Assembly (NCBI RefSeq): GCF_963506605.1
Contig: NC_083276.1
Coordinates: 79,050,001 to 79,114,000 of the forward strand
DNA from: Zootoca vivipara
Lineage: Eukaryota
Length of the DNA: 64,000 nt
Direction of reading: 5' to 3'
How positions within the stretch are numbered: the first letter of the stretch is position 1; each line of letters begins with the position of its first letter. Below are positions 38,181-49,357 of this stretch, in pieces. The notes below the pieces were generated by a model that searched no databases, was not told where the DNA came from, and saw nothing but the letters and a program-made list of their open reading frames with translations. The translations under genes and the position numbers were made by a program.

Positions 38181-40461
38181 ATCTCTGTTTGATGGCGTGC
38201 TTTGAAAACTAGTTAGTAATGTTTTATGCACACACTGCATGTTATTAAAGGATCAAATTCCAGTGCTTTAAAACAAATATTTGCTTTTCAGCACTTTGAT
38301 GAAGGGCTTGCATCTGAAGTGGTGGAAAGAAAATGGAGACAAAGTATTTTCCTCAGGCATTCTCTGGGGCACTATCCTGCCGAGGCAAACTCTCTGTGCT
38401 CTTCTGAGGACCATTGCCCTGAGCTGCTATTTCCTATGAAGTGATGCCATGGTCAGTGGGTCCAGCAGCACTTTGCCATTGGCATGGCGGTGGGCATGCT
38501 GTCCAATAACATCTTTGCATCTTAATGTATTTGTGTTCGGGTTTTGCTAAATTAGTAGCATGAGAAACCATCAGATTGCTTCTTCACACAATCAACTCTA
38601 GGACAAGCAATTAACACTGGGCAGAAAGCCAAGGTCTACTTCTGCCTTAGTAACTGAGCTCTCATTGGTTGATATCAGCACTGAGACCTGTTATCAGAGA
38701 AAGCTAGCACAGTACGTGTGTGTGGTGAGTGTGGTCAGTGTAGGAGGAGAGGTGCTGTATCGGTTGAGAGAGAGACAGAGAGGAAAGGATTTATTTTACT
38801 TTGTTCTGAGTTCTAAAGCTGTACATATAAACTATGGATTTTCTTTATTTTAATAAATCCTGTATATAGTTTTACTCTGCGTCCAGACGTCTAGTCATTT
38901 AAGTTACCGCCAGAAGCTTCCGGAAAAACCTGCGCAAACTCTGCTGTGTTCAGGCTGAAGTTACACCTGACACTTAAAAACACTAAGAATTTGTTTCTAC
39001 AAATAGGTCCCAATCAATCTCCCATCAATACACTGAAAATTCCAAACCAAGTGCTTACTCATTACTCTTTTGTTTTCTGAAGCCTAGCCTAGAACTACCT
39101 CTGCTGTGGCTAAGGTGAATATGCAATAGTTTGCTCAACTATGAAGGCATCAGGGGAGAGCCACAGTTCATCTACATTGCATGAAGAAGGTTCCAGCTTC
39201 AATTCCTGGTGGTGTCTCTGGGTACGACTGGCAAAAACTCCTGCCTAAAACCATGGAGAGCAGCTTCATATAGTCATTGCCCCATCCCTCATGCTGCCAC
39301 CTGAGGCAGGCCATCTGGCTACGAGGCAAGGCCAACCTGCTTAGCTTCAGCCAAGCGCTGTCTCTGATTTAAACCATAGCTAAAATGAGAACTTTTCTGT
39401 CGTTCCTATGGTTATACTCCTGCTTGCTTTTGCTGCTTGTCTCATAAAATATCACATAATGTATATATTTTAGCTATATTTTTGAAGGAAAGTAGAAAGA
39501 AAGGTGCTACTATTTCAGTTGTTCCATCAGGGTGATCCTTAGGCTCTGTCACACACAAAAAAGCAAGTAAGCTGTTGGGCCAGGCAGTGTGGTGTTTTTG
39601 AATTATCTGCCTAAGTTTTACTCCAATTAATCATTTTACTTTCTGTTATCGTTTTGGCAGTTTCGCTCTAGTGTCCCCTTTTACCTAACCCTCTGATAGC
39701 ATTTTGGTGTTTTGTAACAACAGACCAATTCAGCAATGCACTGGTGACTGCCCTGTGGCATATTACAACTCCGGGCCCGTGATCTTGAAAATAACATGCA
39801 TCCATTGTAATAAAGGTTTAATGTGCCTGTAAAGTTCATGTGTGACTAATGCCTGATCTGGGCCATGTGTTGTCTTGGTAACAATGGCTTGCAGGGATTG
39901 GCTGCACTTTGAAAGCGTGAGAGGGGAGGATGGGTAGACATGGCAGGTTGCTGAATGAAAGGAAGGTGGATGGGGAGTGGGGTTGGCCAAAGACAAGTTG
40001 GGGGGGGGGGGAATTCACAAAATGATTTTCTGGCGAGAAAGGCTTTGTCTAATTGGGGGGGGGGGGGGACAACACAAAGCACAACCTATGAACCTAAACC
40101 ATAAATTAGAAAATCACAGTTATTAAACTTAATTATTGCTAGCGTGCACTATGGATACAGACTGGGGTGGAAACCCTGGAAGAGATGAGCTGTTATCAGT
40201 TGTTTCTTTAAAAAAAAAAAAACCAAACTACACCACTGGTATGCTTTTCGTTTATTAAGGAAAGAAGTGACTAGAAAGAAGCCTGTGAAGATGCCCGATC
40301 TTGAAGAGCGGGATCGTTTGAGAAAAGAACGGCTCTTGAAGCAAATATACGTTTCAGCAGGATGAAGATCGGCAAAAGGGAATCACAATCATCAGCGAGC
40401 ATGATCATCATGGGTTCCTGTCCTGGCTGGGGCTGGTGGACCAGGATAGTTCCTCAAAGCT

Positions 40462-43400
40462 TCAGTTTTGCAGGAGTTGCGGCTTTTCACATTCATGCAG
40501 GATATTTAACTGGAACAAAGATTGCCAATAGAAAGGTATGCTGTAATTCACATGGAGAATAGGGTAAAATCTATGGAGAATAGGGTATAATCATATCTAT
40601 CACTGATATGAAGACAGGAGTGCTTGGCGTGCTCTGGTCCACGGGGTCACAAAGAGTTGGACACGACTAAACGACTAAACAACAACAAATCTCTGATATG
40701 GTATGTCGTATCTAGGCTGTCCTAATCCAGCCACTGTTAGCCAACAGGTTAGCCACTGTGGTGCCTGTAAAAGGTCTCAGTAAATATCCCCTCAAAAATC
40801 TATATTGCACGAGAAAATGTTAGCTTTCCCTGCACAGTTCCTGTTTGCATTCACTCAGCCTCTCCAAGATGGACCATGCATGTCCCTTTAAACATGCTAC
40901 ATTTCAGGATTAGACACACACCCTCCCATCTGTGCTGAACAGGGGAGAGGTGCAAAGAGCTTCTCTCTGTGAGTGAGTGCAGCAGGGGCGAATATAGGTG
41001 AACCCCCCCCCGGCCTCCACTGAAGGAGATGGCTGATGGGGAGGAGGTCTGCACCATTTTGTGTCCTGTCTCTTTTTCTGCTCTTCTACATGTGGCAGCC
41101 ATTTTATAAGTAGAACCCTGTGCTTTCTCAAAATTCTGAATGTGTCCTCTAGCCCAGAAAGGTTGATAACTCCTGCCTTAATCTCAGAGATGGAATGTGC
41201 TTCTTTAATGTGGGAGCTTTAGCCCTTCACTACCAATCCTCATGGAGTGCCATGGAGTGCAAGAAGATCAAACCTATCCATTCTGAAGGAAATCAGCCCT
41301 GAGTGCTCACTGGAAGGACAGATCCTGAAGCTGAGGCTCCAATACTTTGGCCACCTCATGAGAAGAGAAGACTCCCTGGAAAAGACCCTGATGTTGGGAA
41401 AGATGGAGGGCACAAGGAGAAGGGGACGACAGAGGACAAGATGGTTGGACAGTGTTCTCGAAGCTACGAACATGAGTCTGACCAAACTGCGGGAGACAGT
41501 GGAAGACAGGAGTGCCTGGCGTGCTCTGGTCCATGGGGTCATGAAGAGTCGGACATGACTAAACGACTAAACAGCAAGAACCAATCCCCAGGAGCTGGAA
41601 ACCCTCATTGGTTGTAAAATATTCTTTCCTAGCAGAGATACACTTATGGTGCCAATTCTCTAATTTTTAGGCAACAGATGAAGACAGAACTTTTAATGGG
41701 TTGCTTTAATTCTTGGTGTTTCTCTGCTTTTATTACAACCTCTTTGCTATCTAATTAAACTTTCTCTGTGTGGTTCTTTTTTATTATCTGACTTTAGTAT
41801 TTATTATTGAATGAAAAATAAACAATACAATTAACTCATACAGGCACCCAGCCAGCTTATGCTGGAGTCATGATGTGATAAACAGCCATATCTGAACAAG
41901 GCCTCAGAGCCTACCGTACTTCCACTGAAACATATTGTGTCTGTGGTGATGTGAGGCGATGTGTCATAGCAGCTTTAGACCTTCAAGTCCTCAAATGATG
42001 AATATGCATTTGTGAATTTGCCCCAAACTGTGATTTAAGTGTTGGGTATATGTGTGTGAAAATAATTACCAGCACTTGGCTTTTTGCCATTCGAACGGAT
42101 TCCGGAAGCCCGACTGCGCATTGTTTAAGCACAGAAGCAGCTTCCTTCATTTCTTCGGTGGTGGCAAAGCGATCGATTGCTTTCATGTAGTCATCATGCG
42201 AGGCGAAAAGGTAGTTTGTGAGGGTATCAACCAGAAGAGGGCACGTTTTGATAGCAGTAGCTGGAAAGGAATGGAAAATGCTTGAAAATTAGATTTTGAG
42301 TGAGGAAATCTGAATTGTGATAAAAGTTAGCAGGCTTTGAACCAGTTAAGCATCACATGGCAAAACGCAGGTAGTGTAGCTTTGACTAGGGTATTCAAAT
42401 TAAGCAGGAACTATGAGTGCATGATTATATATCAAAAACCAAATATATAATAGATAAAAATATTTTTTAATTAATCTGTTACTTTTGTGAATCTGTCAGC
42501 TTTCCACTTTCTCACCTGCTAACTGACTCCCTAGGGTAGTTGCTATGTACTGAGCTGAATCCTAGAACAATAGGATTCAGAATCAGCGGGAGCTACCCAA
42601 TCCAACTCCAGGTGGAAGTGAATCCGCAACCTGATTGGCCTGCTGGAGCAGCCAATCAGGCGGCTGGCAGAAGTGAATCTGCTACCTGATTGGCCTGTAG
42701 GAGCAGCCAATCAGGCTGCAGGCAGAAGTCAATCCACAATATAATTGGCCCACAGGTGTAGCCCTGAAGTAGCCAATCACGCAAGGCCCATTGTGTAAAT
42801 AATGTATATAAGCAGATGGTTTTGGGAAAAGAGCCATTCGTCTTCTCTTCTTCTCCTTGATGAATATGAGCTGAATAAAGAGCATGAAATTCACTCTCGA
42901 CTCCGAGTATATTTCACTGGCGACGAAGGTGGGATCCTGCTGAGCTGACCGCCACCACGCACTGCACCGCAGCACCGCCACCTGCTGCACCGCTGCATCG
43001 CACCGTGCATCCAGGCTTCAGCTCCAGGACCCAAGGAACCCAGAATGGCAACCGACAGCAGCTTCTCGCCATTCAAACCAGCATCAGGAGACTGGGAAGG
43101 GTACGCCGCCCGTTTCAACTTCCTCCTGCAAGCGAAAGAAGTCACCAACGATGCCATGAAGAGGGCGACATTCTTCAGCGTCTGTGGAGAGGAGACGTTT
43201 GAAATTGCCCGGGCTCTCCTTGCACCTAGAGATGTCGCTACCGTCTCTTACAAAACAATAATGGAACGGCTGAAGGAGCACTTTTCACCACAGCCCTCGG
43301 TGGTAGCTTGCCGAAATGCCTTCTACGCAAAGCGGCAAGCCCCGGGGGAAACCATAACTGGGTTTGTGACCTCCCTCCGCCAAGCCGCCCGGTTATGCAA

Positions 43401-46400
43401 CTTCTCAGAGTTGGAGAACATGCTTCGTGACCGCCTCGTCGGTGGCCTGAGGGACGAGATGTTGCAACGACGCCTCTACGCCAAAAAAGACCTCACGTTC
43501 CAGATTGCTCTGGAGGAAGCCCTGGCAACCGAAGCCGCCGAGAGGTCAACGCAAGAGGCACGACCGGCCCCGCCATCCCAACCGAGGGTCTACCACGAAG
43601 ACCTCACCGACGAATCCGAATCTGACAGGGAGGAAGTACACCGTGTACAGCGGCGCACTCAAGCAGCACACACACCACAGCAGCCTCGACGAGAAGGAGG
43701 GAACTGTGCAAGCTGCGGGGAGAACCACGAGAGGAGGACCTGTCGTTTCCGCAACGCAGAGTGCAGGCAGTGCAGAAAATTGGGACACATCGCCCGGGTG
43801 TGTCGGGCTCGACTCACCCGTCGACAAGCATCAGATGACCGACCCAGGAGCCCCAGGGCACACGGCACCATGCACCAAGGCAACTCGACGGAGATCACGG
43901 GCTACCAGGTATTCCAGTTGCCCCATCCCAGCACAGAGAAAATTTATATAGAGGTACAGATAGAGGGAGCCCCATGCCGCATGGAGCTGGACACGGGTTC
44001 AACTCTATCCATAATCTCGGCCCGAACATTAAGGGAACTGTGCCCTAATGGGGGTCCCAAACTAAGGCCGGCCCCATTCACCCTCCGGGACTTCCAGAAA
44101 CGTAAGGTCCCTACAATGGGGGTGGGGACCTTCAGGGTGCAATATCGAGGGCGAAAGCAACAATTGGACTTGCTGGTAGTTAAGGGCCCCTACGTTAGCT
44201 TACTGGGACTGGCATGGTTTGGACCTCTGGGGCTAGCCGTTACCGGGGTGAACCGCACTAGCTTACAAGTGGACGTGGACGCCATATGCAAAGAGTTTCC
44301 AGGGGTTTTCGATGGGGCATTGGGACGATATACAGGACCCCCCATTGCCCTACAGCTAGACCCCGTTGTACGACCCATCAGGCACAAGGCCCGCCGGGTC
44401 CCGTTCGCCCTGAAACCCCGCATAGACGAGGAATTGGACCGGCTCGTGGAGCAAGGAGTGCTGGAGCCGGTGCCCAACGCCCCCTGGGAAACTCCAATTG
44501 TCACACCCGTCAAGCCTAACGGTTCGGTCCGCATCTGTGCAGACTACAAATGCACCATAAACAAGGCTCTCACGGCCCATGCATACCCAGTGCCAGTGGT
44601 CAGCCATGTCCTCGCCACCCTGGCTGGGTCAAAAATCTTTGGCAAACTGGACTTGGCCCAAGCGTATCAACAGTTGCCTGTGGACGAAGCCACAGCAGAG
44701 GCTCAGACGATTGTGACGCACAGAGGGGCATTCAGAGTAAAGCGGCTGCAATTTGGCGTTAGCGTGGCACCAGGCATATTCCAGAATCTAATGGACTCTC
44801 TCCTTAAAGGGATTCCTGGCGTCACCCCCTTCTTCGATGATGTACTGATCGCCGGGCCCACACCAGAGGAATTTGAGGACCGCCTCCGCTCCGTCCTGCA
44901 CCGTTTCCAGACGGCGGGCCTCAAGGTGAAGCGGGAAAAGTGTTTACTGGGAGTGCCGCAGGTGGACTTTCTGGGATTTAAGGTGGACGCAGAAGGGGTC
45001 CATCCAACTGGTGACAAGGTACGGGCCATTTGTGAGGCCCCAGCGCCCAAGAGCAAGCCCGAACTTCAGTCATTCTTGGGACTATTGAACTTTTACCATG
45101 CCTTCCTTCCCCATAAGGCAGCGGTAGCGGAGCCCCTACACAGACTCCTAGATAAAAGGGCCCCTTGGGTGTGGGGCCAGCGACAAAGGGCCGCATTCCA
45201 GGCAGTCAAGGACTTGCTCGTCTCGAACTCGGTCTTGGCACACTTCGACGAGAGGCTGCCAGTGGTGCTGGCATGCGACGCCTCTCCCTATGGCATCGGC
45301 GCTGTCCTGGGACACCAACTCCCGGATGGAAGAGAGGTGCCGGTGGCATACTTCTCCCAGACGCTTGCTGCAGCCGAACGAAACTACTCACAGATTGACA
45401 AGGAGGGTCTGGCAATCGTGAAGGGCGTAAAAAAATTCCATGATTTCTTGTACGGGCGGCCCTTTACCATAGTGACTGACCACAAGCCGTTGCTTGGCCT
45501 GTTTGCCCCCGAGAAGCAGACCCCCCAAGTGTTGTCTCCACGTGTCCTCAGGTGGTCAATTTTCCTTGCCGGCTACCAGTATGCACTAATCCACCGCCCT
45601 GGGAAGGCGATGGGCCACGCAGACGCACTCAGCAGGCTACCACTACCAGAAACAGGCCCCGACCCAGCGCCTGCGCAAGAGGTTATGACCCTGGAGCTGC
45701 TTCCCGACCGACCCATTCAGGCACAAGAAGTTGCGCACCATTCCACAAAAGATAGGGTCATCTCCCGGGTCCTGGACTGGGTGTGGCGAGGATGGCCCAG
45801 CAGCAGCCCCGGGCCAGAATTCGCTGGCTACACAAACCGCAAACATGAACTGTCGGCCCACAAGGGGTGCCTGTTATGGGGAAGCAGGGTTGTTGTTCCC
45901 CAGCCCCTCCGCAAAAGGGTCCTCACAGCCCTACACGAGACACACCCAGGGGTAGTGAGGATGAAGGCCCTTGCCAGGAGTTATGTGTGGTGGCCGGGGA
46001 TTGACAGAGAGATAGAGGCCTGGGTCCAACACTGCCAGACCTGCCAAGAATCCCGCCCGGATCCCCCAAGGGCCCCAGTCCAGCCCTGGGAGTCCGCCCG
46101 ACATCCATGGTCACGCTTGCACGTGGACTTCGCTGGCCCCTTCCAGGGAAAAACATTCTTCATAGTGGTGGATTCCTACACCAAATGGCTGGAGGTCGCA
46201 CTGGTACCGTCCACTTCTACGGCGGCAGCCATCCGGGTACTACGTAAGCTGTTTGCAACCCACGGGCTCCCTGACACCCTCGTCTCGGACAATGGAACCG
46301 CATTCACGTCAGAGGAGTTCCAGACCTTCACAGCGCAGAACGCCATCCGCCACATCCGCTCAGCACCATTCCACCCTGCCACCAATGGCCAAGCGGAGCG

Positions 46401-49305
46401 CATGGTGCGGACCACCAAGGACAGCCTCCGCCGCATAACACAAGGGGACTGGGAATACCGCCTTGCCGCATTTCTTCTAGCACAGCACAGCACCCCAAGC
46501 ACAACGACGGGCCGGAGCCCAGCTGAACTACTCATGGGCCGGCGCCTTGCAACTAGACTGGACCGACTTCACCCCGACAGAGCTCAGGATGAGGTAGTGG
46601 TGGGGAATGGCAGGAACCCCCGGACATTTGTGGCCCAGGACCCAGTGTATGCAAAGAATTTTGGGGCAGGCCCAGCATGGGTACCCGCCACAGTCACCAA
46701 GGTGACCGGTCCCGTGTCGTACGAGGTACTAACGGAAGGGGGGCAATGTTGGCGCCGCCACTGCGACCAGCTACGGCGACGATTCCCAGGAGGAACCCGG
46801 GAGGAGAGCGGGACAGAGGGGTCCCAAGGGGACAGCAGGGCAGTGAGGCCTGTAGAGCGAGAGGGGTGGGCAGGGGAAGCAGAAGCAGTAGGCACAGAGG
46901 GGCACCCTGAGGCTGGAAGGACACCGGAACCAGAGTCACAACCTAGTGGTTCAGTGGCGCCAGACCAGACAGCCCCGGCACAGCCAGCAGCCTTGGAACA
47001 CGAGCCAGAACCAGAACCCCTGACCAAGGAACACCCCAGGCCACAACGCACACGGAGGCGGCCAGCAGACCTTGGGGACTACGAATGCAACTTCCCGGGC
47101 AGGACTGGAACTTAGAGGGGAGGGGTGCTATGTACTGAGCTGAATCCTAGAACAATAGGATTCAGAATCAGCGGGAGCTACCCAATCCAACTCCAGGTGG
47201 AAGTGAATCCGCAACCTGATTGGCCTGCTGGAGCAGCCAATCAGGCGGCTGGCAGAAGTGAATCTGCTACCTGATTGGCCTGTAGGAGCAGCCAATCAGG
47301 CTGCAGGCAGAAGTCAATCCACAATATAATTGGCCCACAGGTGTAGCCCTGAAGTAGCCAATCACGCAAGGCCCATTGTGTAAATAATGTATATAAGCAG
47401 ATGGTTTTGGGAAAAGAGCCATTCGTCTTCTCTTCTTCTCCTTGATGAATATGAGCTGAATAAAGAGCATGAAATTCACTCTCGACTCCGAGTATATTTC
47501 AGTAGTATATGAAGCAGCAGGCCAGATTCCATGACCTTGAATGACAAGGATTTTAGTATTTCAGTTATGTCCATAAATTGGAACTTGGGGTGGGAGGCCG
47601 GGTGGCCAGGGGGCACATTTGATCTTCTACTCCAGAAATGGATCCAGAAATAGATCCAGGCACCAATCTTCTTAACCTCCTCACCATACCACCAAAATCC
47701 TCTTGAGACTCTCACACAGAATTCACCTACTCTTTTTAGGGTGTGCAAACACGGCATGATTATGTACATTCAGTGCTGGATACAGTTGCTAACAGGTGCC
47801 ATGTCATCCCTGTCCCAAATTATTTGTTGATCTAAAACACATTCTGCTGGAACAGTTATAATCTGTTCTGCACCGATAATGCACTTCTTAAGTGCTTGCT
47901 GCCTATGTGCGCCTATGGACATTGCAGGGCTGTGCCACTTGCCCTCATCATATTTAACTTGTCTTTGAATGAAACAGGCAAATTAAGAAGCAGTGCAGTC
48001 ATTTAGCCTCCTCTGTATACTAGAATATATCCACAGCATATCAACACCCCGGTTTCCATCCCCTCTTTTGAAAGGCTATTATGTGTATATATGGTCTGTA
48101 GTGATGTATGGAAGTGAGAGCTGGACCATAAAGAAGGCTGATCGCCGAAGAATTGATGCTTTTGAATTATGGTGCTGGAGGAGACTCTTGAGAGTCCCAT
48201 GGACTGCAAGAACATCAAACCTATCCATTCTGAAGGAAATCAGCCCTGAGTGCTCACTGGAAGGATAGATCGTGAAGCTGAGGCTACAATACTTTGGCCA
48301 CCTCATGAGAAGAGAAGACTCCCTGGAAAAGACCCTGATGCTGGGAAAGATGGAGGGCACAAGGAGAAGGGGACGGCAGAGGATGAGATGGTTGGACAGT
48401 GTTCTCGAAGCTACGAACATGAGTTTGACCAAACTGCGGGAGGCAGTGGAAGACAGGAGTGCCTGGCGTGCTCTGGTCCATGGGGTTATGAAGAGTCGGA
48501 CACGACTAAACGACTAAACAACAACAAATGGTCTGTTCCAACACTTGAGTGAAATAGAGAATGTGAAATAGAGCAATGGCACACAAGTTTGAAAACAAGC
48601 CCACCTGTGTGTACAGACAACAGGGGTAGTAGCTGCAGCTTTATATGATGTTATTGCATCAAGGCATGTACAATTGCAAACTGCTGTGTACAAAAAACCC
48701 AACCCCTGTGTGGTTTCAAAGACTACATGTGTACGCATCCTTATTCTTTCCCAACCCTATATTTTGGGGTCACCCTTGGGATAGGCGACTTCTAGCTTTC
48801 TCTCTCTCAGGTAGAATCACTGTAATAATAACAAAAGACTGGAGCTATTTACACCTCTGCAAGACACTCCCTCTGTTTTGACCAAGTTGTCTTCTAAATA
48901 ACTCCAGCACTAAGCAGCTGGTGCAGGGTAGCCTTTGCGTATAAACATAACAGTCTTACCCAGAATACCTATGGGGTGAAATTCCCCCCCCAACACGTCC
49001 AGAGAAAACTGTATGAGCAAAAATGAGCACATAAGCCCAGATCCATTTACTCACAACACCGGGTGCTAATAAGCAGTTGTGAATTGTGAGTGGGGCAGAG
49101 CCATCCTCCTAACATTGGTGTCACTGCATCCTAGCTGGGCAAGGCTAGGATGAGGTAGAGTAGGGAGCGTCAAGGTCAGAGCCGCATGGGTATGCCAATG
49201 GAAACTCTGGATTGGCTGTGCTGGTGCACCCATCCTGCCACAGAGGTATCAGGGCAAGGTGCAACAATGCTGACTTTGGAGGGTGGCTCCATCCAACCAC
49301 ATGAG

Positions 49306-49357
<52 letters not shown>

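Larger units (their letters stand above)
42541..47501 (+). mobile_element. Full-length Ty3/Gypsy LTR retrotransposon (Mag-like clade)
   Basis: 376-bp TG...CA LTRs at 42541-42916 and 47126-47501, identical by eye; 5-bp TSD GTAGT (42536-42540 / 47502-47506); PBS TGGCGACGAAGGTGGGAT at 42918 (tRNA-Ser-like, inferred); PPT AGAGGGGAGGGG at 47114-47125. Confidence 0.97.

Noticed and set aside
3724-42186. Stand-alone ORFs 3724-3918, 9529-9777, 15430-15822, 25334-25546, 34000-34332 and 41983-42186 with hydrophobic tails
   Set aside because: Each is secretoglobin exon 2 read through into intron; the apparent TM tails are intronic.
41240-48552. ORFs in BovB fragments, and antisense or alternate-frame ORFs within the Gypsy element
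   Set aside because: By-products of truncated LINE ends and of GC-rich gag-pol sequence.
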